A stretch of 28,222 bases of DNA from Octopus sinensis (lineage: Eukaryota). The position numbers and the translations under genes are program-made. Below the pieces are notes generated by a model. That model ran no database searches, had not been told where the DNA came from, and saw nothing but the letters and a program-made list of their open reading frames with translations. Below are positions 1 to 11,988 of this stretch, piece by piece (within the stretch, counting starts at the first letter, position 1; each line of letters begins with the position of its first letter). The stretch spans positions 1 to 28,222 of the forward strand of contig NW_021827506.1 of NCBI RefSeq assembly GCF_006345805.1, written 5' to 3'.

Positions 1-204
1 GGAAGTGAAGAGAGCGCTTATACAGGTGCGTACGAGGGGGAGGGGTGCGTTTGTGTGGTGTGTGTGTGTGTTTGTGTATAAAGGAGAGTCAAGAATTGTA
101 AGTCGACCAGTGAAGTCCAACAAGATCTACATACGTATGTGTGCCTTTGTGAGTAGACACTTTTGCTTAAGGTTGTCCATCATATAATAACACACGATCA
201 TGCA

Positions 205-221
205 ATATATATATATATATA

Positions 222-292
<71 letters not shown>

Positions 293-298
293 TATACA

Positions 299-338
<40 letters not shown>
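205..338. repeat. Interrupted (TA)n microsatellite
   Basis: Seen directly. Confidence 0.95.
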
Positions 339-339
<1 letters not shown>

Positions 340-1557
340 CACGCTCGCGTATACACAAGCCGAGTATCAACCACTATGGGTTCAAAGAGCAGGGAACAGT
401 AAAAAAAAACAAAAATAAAAAATGGGATGATGGAGTCAACATCGAGAAGCTGAGTGAATAAAAAAAGAAAAACAGCGGAGAGAAAGGGTGGAAGTGAGAG
501 GAATGTAAAAAAAAAAGGGGGTAGGAGGAAAAGAAGGGAGATAATCATAATGGAAGACCGGTGAAAAGAGGAGAATATAAAACTATAAAAACGAAAAAAA
601 AACAACAAAAAAACATTTGCTCGGAAATGTGTATGTGGGGGACACATACATGCATACAGTAACAATCAAATATATATTTGAATACGTGTATACACACATA
701 CGATATATGAGAGCATGTATTTATTTTACACACGCGTGCATACATCGCTATAGACTGATACAAAAAAAAAAACAGAAAAAAACCCTTCACCAACTCGCAT
801 TCACCCACCTTCAATATATAAATATAAGCACTCACAGACGTACGTGCACAAATGAAAGGCCCCGACACACACACACACAAGCCTACAATCCCTAAACCTT
901 TATTTAATAGATGCAGAGAGGCATCTACTTCGGCGAGTGTAGTGAGAGTTTACTGAATTATAAAGCTAGCGATGGAGCATGGCACCTTGCACAACTGCCT
1001 CTCCTCCTCCTCCCCACTGCCGTTCCTTATACAAATAACAGGCGAACACAAGCAATACAAAAGAGCCATTTGGCCCGAGGCTGGCCAGATGAGGGGATAA
1101 GCAATGATGCTAGAAATAATTCGAGATTAGATGTCAATTAGAAATGTTGTCTAATAAATTTGCTCACAGCAGAATTTCAAGATACTTTTATAATAAAGAT
1201 TTTTAAACGAAACAATATCATTTTTATTTCTAACTTATGTAGACGTCCATCTATCTGCCTGTCTGTCTTTCTATCCAGCTTTCCCTCTGCCTACTTATCT
1301 TGATACAATTCTTTTATATACGAATCTACTTAACTATTTCTCAACCGATATTATATATATATATATTTGTACGTTTCTATCTACTTACTCATCTTATTCA
1401 TTCACCTAATTCGCAACCTGATTCTCTGAGAGAATATGTATGAGTAGCTATCTATCTATCCATCCATCCACCTATCTAATTCGCAACCTAATTGTCTCGA
1501 GACTAATATGTATCTATCTCTCTCTCAACCTAATTGTCTACAAGCCAATACTATGAA

Positions 1558-1599
1558 TATCTATCTATCCATCCATCCATCTATTTATCTATCTATCCG

Positions 1600-1633
<34 letters not shown>

Positions 1634-1635
1634 CG

Positions 1636-1677
<42 letters not shown>

Positions 1678-1767
1678 CGTCTATCTATCTATCTATCCGT
1701 CTATCTATCTATCCATCCATCCATCTATTTATCTATCTATCCGTCTATCTATTTATCTATCTATCCG

Positions 1768-1825
<58 letters not shown>

Positions 1826-1960
1826 CGTCTATCTATCTATCTATCCGTCTATCTATCTATCCATCCATCCATCTATTTATCTATCTATCCGTCTATCTAT
1901 CTATCTATCTATCCGTCTATCCATCTATCTACCTATCCGTCTCTCTCTCTCTCTCTCTCT
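1558..1960. repeat. (CTAT)n compound microsatellite with higher-order periodicity, then (CT)n
   Basis: CCAT/TTAT/CCGT variant block recurs at 1569, 1713 and 1861. Confidence 0.95.
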
Positions 1961-2097
1961 TCATTCATCTATCAACCTGTCACTCTACCTGTCTGTCTGT
2001 GTGTCCATTTATCTATTTACTGCTGTCCGTAGATACAGTTTATTCAGCCAGGAGCGATTGCAGGATTATTCCTTTTATTCATTTTCCTCCGTTCACC

Positions 2098-2191
2098 CTC
2101 CCACCACCACTACCACCACCACCACTACCACCACACTATTGACATTAGAAATTACGACTGCACACTTCCGGTATGTCCATGCTGCTGTTGT

Positions 2192-2224
<33 letters not shown>

Positions 2225-2232
2225 CGACGACC
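2098..2232. repeat. (CCA)n and (GAT)n microsatellites
   Basis: Seen directly. Confidence 0.9.
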
Positions 2233-2712
2233 ATATCGACGATAATGGAGATGGTGATAGTACTGACGAAGGAAGGTACGTACGTCTTTTGTAAAAAAAA
2301 AAGCTAGAGCGATTATCTTCACGACAGCGATGACAAAACAAAAACAAAAAAAAGTTTATAATCTTCAGGGACAAAAACAACAACAACACTAATAATGATA
2401 ATAATATGTAATGTTGAGGATAAAAACTGAGAGAATGGTGCCTCTCCACCTCTTCCGATTTACAGTATCAATGTTTGAGGACAAATCAGCGAGGTTAGGA
2501 ATAGGATGGGTGTAGAGCCGTATATACACACACCAAAGGGTGGGATGGTAAGAAGGGAGGGGGGAGATTTTACACACACACACACACTGCGATATCGGGG
2601 GACCAGGTAGTCGTAATGGTTAGGTGCTCGAGTTAACTGAAAAGTAACAGAAGTGGAGGTGTGTGCATATATGAAAGGAGGTGTGTGTGTGTGTGTGTGA
2701 GAGAAATATTCA

Positions 2713-2960
2713 TTTACTTGCTTCAGTCATTTGACTGTAACCATGCTGGAGCACCGCCTTCAAGAGTTATTGTTTTTTTTTTTTTTTTCTTTTTTTCTCT
2801 TTAGCCGAAGACATCATCAACCCCAAGACTCATTCGTTGTAAGCTTAGTAGTTATTCTATCGATTCACTTTTGCCGAACGGCTATGTTACGGAGACATAA
2901 ACACACAAGCATCGGTTATCAAACCATGGCGGGGTGGGGGGCACAAAAACAGAAACCCTC
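2713..2960 (-). mobile_element. SINE family A, 3' half
   Basis: Reverse complement of the family A tail (CTCCAGCATGG..CAGTCAAATGACTGAA); ends in (TA)n. Confidence 0.8.
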
Positions 2961-2983
2961 AGATATATATGTGTGTGTATATA

Positions 2984-3032
<49 letters not shown>
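2961..3032. repeat. (TG)/(TA)n microsatellite
   Basis: Seen directly. Confidence 0.95.
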
Positions 3033-3035
<3 letters not shown>

Positions 3036-3180
3036 GAAACGTGTCAACGCATGAAACTAAAACTGAGTCGCTCTGTTACTTCTGCTAAATATTAATAAAA
3101 CTATACATATATTCATATTTGGGGTTCTATTTTTCCTGTTTGCATCAACTGTGTGTATGTGTATATATATATATATATAA

Positions 3181-3410
3181 ACCGAGGCGATGTATGCGTT
3201 TAGCGAAACACCTAAGCTCCACGCGGCTCCGGCAGAAGGTAATGGCGAAACTTCTGCTGACTCTTTCGCCACAACTTTCTCTCACTCTTTCCTCCTGCGT
3301 CTTGCAGCTCACCTGCGACGGACCGGCTACCCGTCCAGGTGGAGAACCTATACGCCAAGGAAACCGGGAAACCGGCCCTAATGACCCACACGTGGCTCGA
3401 GATTCGTTGA
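3181..3410 (+). mobile_element. SINE: body B + tail 2, 5'-truncated
   Basis: AAACACCTAAGCTCCAC..ACAACTTTCTCTCACTCTTTC is shared with the 18758 copy; CTGCGACGGACCGG..CCGTCCAG..AAACCGGGAAA is shared with the 24384 copy. Confidence 0.8.
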
Positions 3411-4243
3411 ACCTCTCCCGTCTACAGTGAAACAAGTAACGCCTCGCACTCGCAAGTCCACCCACACCCCTCGCCACAGAATGTTAAGTTTACAAACCAA
3501 AACCAAGATGTTCCATTCAACGAGAAGAGAGGAGGGGCGGTTTGGTTAATTAATACACGTTAGTGTCCAGAATCAGGGACGAGCGCAATCCAAAGACCCA
3601 GTTTCCGTAATGTAACGATATTATTATTGCTAAATAATTAATTATTTGACAATTCTTTCTACAATTGGAGAGCGGAAGGAGGAAAGCATAAAAAGGGGAC
3701 GGGGGATACAGAGAGGGACAATTTGGAGGAAGGGGCCGACTGTGTTGGTTTAAAGCAAACAGTGGGGTGGGGGAAATTAATCTGTTGTGTTCTTCAGCCT
3801 GTCATTACTGAATAATCAACCAGAACCAAAAAAGATAGCAAGGGGGGGGCGAGTTAGGTAGACTGTGTATCTGTGAATGTGTGTGTTTGTGTGTTCCACT
3901 CTTGGAGCCGACAATGTTAAGAGATCAGATTCTTTAAACACACCGAGTAGTGGTTGTGGAGGAAGGATCGGAGCTGATGGCACTGGTGTTCGGTAGAGGT
4001 CCACTGTATTAGGACAAGTACATAGGGAAGCGGAAACGGAGGGAGAAGTCACGGTGGGAGTGGTGACGTGGAAACTTTAACAGGAGGGGAAGGGGTGAAA
4101 TAAACAAACAGAAACAACTACACTCAAGCACATGTATGTATACATTCATACAACAACACATATTCATGTATACATGTATAAGCATATGTGTGTGAGCACT
4201 TATATGCACTATATACAAGTACACACACACACATATATGTATA

Positions 4244-4550
4244 GGCGCAGGCGTGGCTGTGTGTTAAGAAGTTTTCTTTCTCACCATATGGTTCCGGGTT
4301 CAATCCCATACCGTGGCACTTTGTAAGTAGATTTGGTAGAAAGAAACTGAAAGAAGCCCGTCGTGAGTATATATGTTTCTGTGTTTGTCTCCCATCATTG
4401 CTTGACAACCGGTATTGGTGTGTTTATGTTCTCGTAACTTAGCGGGTCGGGAAAGGAGAACGATAGAATAAGTACCAGGACCGATTTGTTCAGCTAAAAT
4501 TCTTCAAAGCGTTGCCCCAGCATGGCAGCAGTGTAATGATTGAGACAAGT
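4244..4550 (+). mobile_element. SINE family A, near full length with internal deletion
   Basis: GGCGCAGGCGTGGCTGTGTG head, B-box-like GGTTCAATCCC, body shared with 15220 and 23301. Confidence 0.85.
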
Positions 4551-5087
4551 CATACGTATACTTCGCTTTCAGTCTGTGCAAATGGATTGTTTGATGTGGT
4601 TTTAGAGTCGTTTGACGCCTGTTTCTAGCATGTTGGTACAGTTTCCCAGTACCCTTAATTATAATTATATCCATATAATTAGATATCTATATTAATTCTT
4701 ACCTATATGGTTTTTATTACATACTGGCCACTAATAGGATCGTTGTTTTTATAATGATTTTATCCTAATTATATACACACACATATAGTATAATTCGGGT
4801 AAAAACCTCGTAGCGTGCATCTAAGAGCTCTTATGCTGTTGTTGGCTACCACATGTTATCCTATAGTAGGTTATATTCCAGGGTTGGATACACATGTGGA
4901 ACTCCTAGGCATTGCATTAGTATTCCTTTATTTCATTCATTACACATGTTTCAGTATTCAGCAACACAAAACCTCACATTATAGATGCAATCAATAGATG
5001 CCCCTCAAAAGGGCCAAATACCGAAATACATATAACAGACGAAATAAAGGAGCACCAAAGTCAATACTCACGTTCTTTTCCTCTTGG

Positions 5088-5335
5088 TATTGTCCCGTCA
5101 TGCCTCTGCCGCTGGGGCCCAATGAATGGCTTTCGTCACTTCATGTGCAAGAGGACGCGCCTTAGCTCTGACAACACAGTCTTCGTGTTTCGCGTTGAAG
5201 AACTAGTCGAGTGCCAATCCCGCTGCAAGGATGTCGGTTCACGATGCCTTTTCTAAAAGCCTCATCTAGCTTCCTGACTAGCACTGCCTCCACTCTGTTT
5301 CTTTCTACTGCTAGTCCTTTGCTAAAACTTATCGA
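5088..5335 (-). mobile_element. Degenerate L1/Tx1-clade LINE ORF2 fragment (region between endonuclease and RT)
   Basis: SISFSKGLAVERNRVEAVLVRKLDEAFRKG, then after a frameshift FFNAKHEDCVVRAKARPLAHEVTKAIHWAPAAEA*, resembling recalled invertebrate Tx1-type ORF2. Contains stops and a frameshift. Confidence 0.45.
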
Positions 5336-5337
5336 TA

Positions 5338-5753
5338 ATTATAATAATGGTTTCAAATTTTGCAATAAGGGAAGCAATTTTGCGGGAGGGAATAAACGGA
5401 TTACATCGACCCCAGTGTTCAACTGGTATTCATTTTATCAACACCAAAAGGAAAAAAGGTAAAGTCGACTTCGGTAGAATTTGAACTCAGAACGTAACGA
5501 CGGGCAAAAACACCGCTAAGTATTTCGTCAGGCGCGCCAACGATCTTAGCTGCTTGCCGCCTTCAAATAATAATCCTTTCTACTATAGGCACAAGGCTTG
5601 AGCGGGGTCCAGCTCTCGACTGACACATTTTATCGACCCTGAAGCAATGAGAGGTAAACTCGGCCACGGCATGATTCGAAATAAGAGCCGGAAAAAAAAA
5701 TACCTTTGAACATTTTGTTCGACGCGCTAGCGACTCTGCTAAATCATTGCCTT
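5338..5753 (-). mobile_element. Two head-to-tail SINE family D copies (5338-5563, 5566-5753)
   Basis: Reverse complement AAGGCGGC..CTGAGTTCAAATT..GGGGTCGATGTAATC with (ATT)n tails; the second copy is diverged. Confidence 0.8.
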
Positions 5754-5787
5754 CAACATTGTAATGCAGACATAAATGGCCGGTAAT

Positions 5788-6140
5788 TTTGCCTTTCATC
5801 TTCCCGGTGTTGATTTAAAATAAAGTACCACGTGATTAGCGGGGTTCGATTAAACCCGACTGATCGCAAACCTCCTCGTCTTCTATCAACGTTTGCAGCT
5901 TTCCGCTTAATCGCTAAACAAAATTCCTTGCTATGTTTTTTTTCTTTTCTTTTCTTTCTTTTTTTTTTTTGGTACGGCCCTTTACGTTGTGAGTTCAATT
6001 CCAGTCAAGGTAAGTAGTTTTATCGTTCACCCGTCTGGAGTCGATAAAATAAAGTACATGTCGTGTACTGAGGTCGAAATATTCAACTGTCCCCCAACCT
6101 TCAATTTCATACCCATGTTCCTACGAAAAAATAGTTATTA
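5788..6140 (+). mobile_element. Two diverged SINE family D fragments
   Basis: GCCTTTCATC..AAAGTACC (5788-5875) and GAGTTCAATTCC..GTCGATAAAATAAAGTAC (5971-6140). Confidence 0.55.
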
Positions 6141-6818
6141 ATTTCTGTAGTAGTAGTAGTAGTAGTAGTAGTAGTTGTTGTTTTGTTGTTGTTGTGTTTC
6201 CGATTCGTATTACATTATTTGCTGTAAGTTCTTTGCTTGCAAAGTGCGAAAAAAAAGAAAAAAAAAAACAGAAAAAAATGCAAGCAAAAACATGGAAATA
6301 TTTGGAAAATATTACCCCAAAAAATGTCAACCGCGTTATATAAATATAAATATATTAATTATAGCAATAATAATAATAATATAATAATAATAATAATGGT
6401 GTGTGTTCTATGGACGTGGAGAGGTACAGAGAAAGAGAGGTGTAGTGCGTGTGTGTGTGTGTTGTAGAGCTGAGGAGAAAGAAAAGGGTGAACAAGGGTG
6501 GGAGAGGAAAGGGGTGGGAAGGGATCGTGACATTCTTACATTTCCCAGGGGCAGCCACTTTATTATATAGCAACGTTAAGTGAACCGAACAATAGTGATA
6601 ATGGTGTTGGTGGTGTTGGTGGTGGTGGTGGTGATGGTGGGGACGATGATGTGATCCGGATCGGAACAACAACAACAACAACAACCACAATAATAAATAT
6701 TATTATGGTTGTTGTTGTTGTTGTTCTTATAATTGTTATTGTTATGAAAATAACAATAAGAATTTATTTGCCACTTGGGCATCAAATAATAATCATTATA
6801 AGCAACAGCAGTAGTAGC

Positions 6819-6850
<32 letters not shown>

Positions 6851-6870
6851 CACCATCACCACCACCACAA
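6141..6870. repeat. Mosaic of trinucleotide microsatellites (TAG, TTG, ATA, GGT, ACA, AGT)
   Basis: Seen directly. Confidence 0.9.
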
Positions 6871-7227
6871 AAAGGTGTGGAGGGAGTAATGATAGGCGGC
6901 GGTGTGTTGGTGGGCTTTTAGACTGCATTTACTCCCAACAGCCCCGTCGTCAGTGGAGGAGTAGAAGGAAGAGGAGGAAAAAAAGAAAGAGTGGAAAGAA
7001 GGGCTTTAATAACAGAAAAACGGAGGAGGAGGAGGAGGGTGAAGATGGAAGGGGAAGCCGTGCCTCCCCTTCCGTTCGTTTTCCCCGCCGCCCCCACTCT
7101 CCATCCCAACTCTCCCCCCCCCAAAAAAAAACCCCCGACCAAGTTATTTCATTTCATTCATTTTATTGTTGTTCATTGACAAACAATAAATAACATTCGC
7201 AAACAGATTATATACATTACACACACA

Positions 7228-7355
7228 ATGTATGTGTGTGTGTGTATATATATGTTTATATATATATATATATATATGGTTATATATATATATATGTGTG
7301 TCTATATATATATATATTATATATATTATATATATATATATATATATATGTATAT
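7228..7355. repeat. (TG)/(TA)n compound microsatellite
   Basis: Seen directly. Confidence 0.95.
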
Positions 7356-7825
7356 GTTTATACTCGCACACAAATAGAGACAGTGTCCAGGATTTCAATT
7401 GTATATTAATTGCAGTCAAACAAACATTCACTATAAGGGAAGGTTTTTCATGTTCCTTCCTCATTCAGCGTTATTGTTGTTATTGTTGTTGTTATTATAG
7501 GGGGAGGGTGGTGGTGGTGGTGGAGGTGGCGGTAACTGTTGTTCTGATTTTGTCATTTTCCTTTCGCCTCATCCATCTCCCTCCACACACACAAACACAC
7601 GCGCGCGCGCGCGCGAGCTTTCAGTTTCGAGAGAGTACAGGTAAGGAGAAAGAAAAGACAAAATGGTGGCGGGCGGCTGCGGTGATGGTAGAAGTGGTGG
7701 CGGTGGTAGTGGTACGTGGTGGATGGTGTTTACAGTACAGTTGTGGACAGACAGATTTTTCATTCCCAATATACGCACACATCCAAACAACACACACACA
7801 CAAACAAACAAACAAATATAACAGG

Positions 7826-7834
7826 ATCCATCAT

Positions 7835-7865
<31 letters not shown>

Positions 7866-7890
7866 AGCATCACTGCAAACAACAACAATC
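7826..7890. repeat. (CAT)n(CAG)n(AAC)n microsatellite
   Basis: Seen directly. Confidence 0.9.
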
Positions 7891-8991
7891 AAAAGAATTG
7901 GAATTCGGATAAATTGTCGTTGTTGTTGTTGTGGTAGCGACGGTGGCGAGGACAGTTGCCTCCACTGTGCTGGAATTGGTAACAATTGGAAGAAAGAACC
8001 CCAAGAGCTGTGCGTTGAAGTAGACTCAAATAAGGAAATAGGATTTGTAGCTTAAAAACTGACTGAAACACAAGGTGGCGGGGGGGGGGACCGAGAGGAA
8101 CGAATGACAACAAAGGTAAGTGGGCTGCTGCTGCATTATCAGTTTACGTCTGTTTTATACGCAGATATGGCTTGGGCGTGGCCATGGTTCTCGGAATGTT
8201 TCGTCGCTCGTCATGGCCCACATCGTCTGGCAGAGTAAAACCAACAAACTTTGTTGTCATATTTGTCTAGGTGCACCTTATCTTAAAGAACTTGCCGGCG
8301 ACTGGACTACCAAAGTCCATTCTACCCTGTATATGTTTCTGCTCTCGACTCCGCAACCCTTTCTTACGATCCATTTTCAACACGGTTTCTGCGACCAATT
8401 GCCCTTCTTTGCCACAAACCAACAAGGACGCAACAATCCCTTCTACCCTGTATCACTTTTTAATTTGGAATTACTGCCCTCATCGGGGGGTGGCTGGTTA
8501 ACTGCGCTGAGCTGCAACGTATGGGTTCCACGACTTGTCTGTTTACAGTTCTGCAGTTGAGTGTCCTTGTAAAATATTGCCATCATAACGGGCTACGAAC
8601 GCAATGTCATTAGGACTGTACAAGGTGACCTCAACGATAGTAGAAGGAGATTGTCACCTTTATCTAGGCACGTAGTTGTCTCCATTATATATATAGAAAA
8701 GGTAGTTAGCAGAACAACCTATCGTCTTAGACAAACGCGTTCTGGGTGGGTTTGCTAGGTTATTGAATTTGAAAGATCTGGTGGAAGGCTTTATTTTGCC
8801 AAATCTGGTTGAGGATGCGAGACAGGTCCAAATATACGAGGGGCCGAGAAGGTCATGTGAAAGCTTTTATCCAGTAGATACGTCATACAACTGTTTAGAA
8901 CAATAATTATGAAAAATGAAAGTCGCCTCCGAATTTAGGGCTGTTTCAGCCTTTTAGTTGTACCCAACTGCTCACACAGCGATTATCTTAT

Positions 8992-9021
8992 ATATTTCTT
9001 TATTGCCCACAAGGGTCTACC
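8992..9021 (-). mobile_element. 30-nt SINE family D tail micro-insertion with 13-bp TSD
   Basis: GCGATTATCTTAT at 8979-8991 and 9022-9034 flanks a sequence matching the tail at about 20168-20194. Confidence 0.7.
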
Positions 9022-9580
9022 GCGATTATCTTATTTAGTCAAGGCGTGGTGACACTATATTATACATATACTGCTTTAGTGAATGTGGTCAAAACGGTTG
9101 AAAAAGAAATGTTTTGAGTGCATAACTGCTATGAATAACTACAGCTGAAAATTGCGAAAAAATCTCAAGTGAAAGAAAAATAATTTGATTCCTAAAGTAA
9201 TATAAAAATCTGAGAGTGAACACTGATTTCTATCAATGGCCGCAGATTAAAATGTTTTCCTTATTTTTTATTTCTTGCTAGTTTTTGACGACGCTCCATC
9301 GACTGAAGATGGCACTAAAATACTTTCAGTTTGGTTACAGGCAAAAATGGTATAATAAAGAAAAATAATCATAAAAACAACAATGAGACCTTACTAGTGA
9401 TCTTTCGAACTTTGTACATATAAAATGGCGGACAGTGATAGAACCTGCTCTGAACAAATAATCAGTAATAGTCGGTAGTTATTGTAGAATCCAATTTTAT
9501 GTTAAAAGCGTTTGGTTTATCTTAATTTTTTTTTTTTTTCCATTTTATCCTGAATTGATATAGTGAATTCAAATGATTTT

Positions 9581-9835
9581 ACAGCCTCGAGACCACCAAA
9601 GCCTTGTGAGTGGGACTTGGTAGACAGAAACTGAAACTTGTCGTGTATGTGTATTCGTTCCCCACCAACCGGTGTTGGTGTGTTTACATCCTCACAACTT
9701 AGTTCGACAAAAAAATGGGACCGATAGAATAAATACCAGGTTTAAAAAGAAAATAGATACATTCGACTTGACATCCTTCAATATGGTGCCTCAGCATGGC
9801 CGCAGTCTGATGGCAGAAACAAGTAAAAACATAAG
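9581..9835 (+). mobile_element. SINE family A, 5'-truncated and diverged
   Basis: GCCTTGTGAGTGG..GAAACTGAAA..CAGCATGGCCGCAGTC..AAACAAGTAAAA. Confidence 0.8.
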
Positions 9836-10022
9836 AGATAATGATAATGTCTAAAGAGTTTGAGAGAATTCCTGCCGATTTCTAGAGATTATTTACGTTT
9901 CATTTTCAGTGGTTTGTTTTACTTTGCTCGCCATTTTATATGTACAAAGTTCGAAAGAACATTACTATATGTTAATTGGGGGGGGGGAGAAAGACAAAAA
10001 GAGTATGGAAAAGGTGACTTAC

Positions 10023-10260
10023 TTGAAAGACTTGTAAATCCAACGTAGCAACGTGGTTCAACATTCGAAGACCAGCAGTTGTCACTGCTAGCGTTGGGGC
10101 AGGTAACACTGCAGGAGGGACATCACCACGACCTTGGACCCCTGAGTGCAACAGCATTCCGTATAAGAGAGATACAATTCCGACAAGTTCGGTCACTTGG
10201 AATGTTGCCAAAAGTTGGGTCGGATCATCAGTTTTTTTACTTCCAAACACATTACTGTTT
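10023..10260 (-). CDS. SCAPER: SCAPER next coding exon, 238 nt, phase 2/0
   Basis: Encodes NSNVFGSKKTDDPTQLLATFQVTELVGIVSLLYGMLLHSG...TLAVTTAGLRMLNHVATLDLQVFQ, matching recalled SCAPER DPTGLTAALQATDLAGVLHMLYCVLFHG...TIQVAIQSLRFFNSFAALHLPAFQ. Acceptor ttcgctttctctag|, donor CAA|gtaagt. Joins the upstream exon in frame (CG|A = Arg). Confidence 0.92.
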
Positions 10261-10760
10261 CTAGAGAAAGCGAAAAGCAAAAAAAAAATAATAATGATGA
10301 TTTCTTTGTTGACCACAAAGGATTTACACTAAGAAAAACATTATGGACAGTACAGGACAAAACAGAATGTGTGAGTGCGTGTGATTGTGTGTTAAGAGGG
10401 TTTTGCGTGTAAACAGGTTTACCGTAGTGAAAGTGGGGATAATCTTTAACTGAGGTTGTTAACCAGTTTTGGAAGGCGGAAGCTGGTCCTTAAAGTAGAT
10501 TTGTAAAGAATTTTGGGAAAATTTTACGTTTCAAGATACCTCGAAGTTTATTATTATAATACGCTCGCGTGTGTATGTATGTGTGTGTGTGGCTCGAAGT
10601 GTACTATGACTACCCATGGTTAATTAGAGATTAATCACTCACTTATTAATCAGAAAACATGAGGGATTGCTTAGAGAGGTAAAAAGGAAGAAATAACAGC
10701 AGACTTGATAAAATTTCCACACCTGACACCAATATCACTAAAACAGACGAAGAGATTAAT

Positions 10761-10897
10761 CGACCTGCGAGATATAGCAGCCAAGTCTCCCTAAAACCTA
10801 TCTTTTTAAATGAAGAACACATTATATAATGCAATCCTTGGTATACAAACAGGTGAGATGTTCATGGCTGGAACACCTTTGAGTATTCGTCTACTGG
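10761..10897 (+). repeat. Old dispersed repeat family F
   Basis: ATAGCAGCCAAGTCTCCC core, and a 3' part similar to 22735-22780. Confidence 0.6.
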
Positions 10898-11084
10898 ATC
10901 ATCATCATCATCGTTTAACGTCCGTTTTCCGCGCTAGCACGGGTTGGACTATTCGACCGGGGTCTGGGAAGCCAGGGGCTGCACCAGGCTCCAGTCTGAT
11001 CTGGCAGAGTTTCTACAGCTGGATGCCCTTCCTAACGCCAACCACTCCGCGAGTGTAGTGGGTGCTTTTTACGTGCCACCTGCA
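10898..11084 (-). mobile_element. SINE-like family E, 5'-truncated, (GAT)n tail
   Basis: Reverse complement GGTTGGCGTTAGGAAGGGCATCCAGCTGTAGAAAC..GGACGTTAAACGATGATGATG. Single copy here; recognised from memory as a common cephalopod repeat. Confidence 0.65.
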
Positions 11085-11294
11085 CAGTAGACGCTTAACA
11101 AAAGCTCAGTTTCTTCTACGAGAGATCCACCCTTACCACCATGACTTATCTCGTTTATCATAGAAGTGCCAAAATAAAACAATTTCCTCGTGCATCAGGA
11201 GTGGTATAAAAACAATCTCTCATATTTTAAACAACTATTGGTGTGGCACTAGAAGTTAGGCCTTTTACAAAATTTTAAAAAATTTTTTTTTTTT

Positions 11295-11646
11295 TTTTAC
11301 TCATTTCAGTCATTAGACTGCGGTCATGCTGGGTTAACACCTTGAATTTTAGTCGAATGAATTGACCCTAGTACTTTTATCTTTATACAGGTCTCTTTTG
11401 TTGAAGCCGAACCGCTAAGTTACGGGGACGTAAACACACCAACACTGGCTGTCAAGCGGTGACGGGGAACAAACACACACACACACACACGACGAGCTTC
11501 TTTCAGTTTCCGCACACCAAATTCACTCAAGGCTTTGGTCGACCCGATGCTATAGTAGAAGCCACTTGCCCAAAGTGCCAGGCAGTGGGACTGAACCAGG
11601 AACCATGTGGTTGAAAAGCAAGCTTCTTACCACACAGTCATTCCTG
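11295..11646 (-). mobile_element. SINE family A, near full length
   Basis: Reverse complement aligns from head to tail with the 15220 copy; internal (CA)n. Confidence 0.85.
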
Positions 11647-11988
11647 GGTAACGGTATCTTCATACGACTATTTTACCGATTCCTTTTTTAATGACCAACA
11701 CAGTATGAACTAGTAGGTGCGTATCGTATTTGCTGTTGAGCCGTATAACAAAAATAGTGAACCTGGGAGGCGGGGTTAGATTGCCGCAGCTTGTACAACC
11801 ATCCTCACTAAATACTAGAGACTTGAGGATCCCAATTGAGGATCCCAATTTAAACATCAAACCGGAACTGACTGAGCACGCATATTACCAATGGCCTACC
11901 ACCCGTGGCTCTCCCAGTTCTTTTAATAATGTATATTGTATCTTGTACAGTATTATCTTCGATTGCATGCATTTCTTCCTCTCTTTAA

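Noticed and set aside
1508-2142. IYLS-repeat ORFs (also 25130-25506 and 26529-27265)
   Set aside because: Translations of (CTAT)n, (GATA)n and (TATG)n microsatellites.
8116-8164. 49-nt + strand intron with adjacent exons
   Set aside because: Very short, and the downstream frames give no recognisable protein.
1-10022. Next SCAPER exon (expected SLxFRH..GYF motif)
   Set aside because: Not found in manual minus-strand translation of the complex segments; probably outside the window, though a miss is possible.
10175-10232. Minus-strand CTGATGA followed by a TCCGAC/GTCGGA stem
   Set aside because: Lies in the SCAPER exon (T-D-D-P) and lacks GAAA and stem III.
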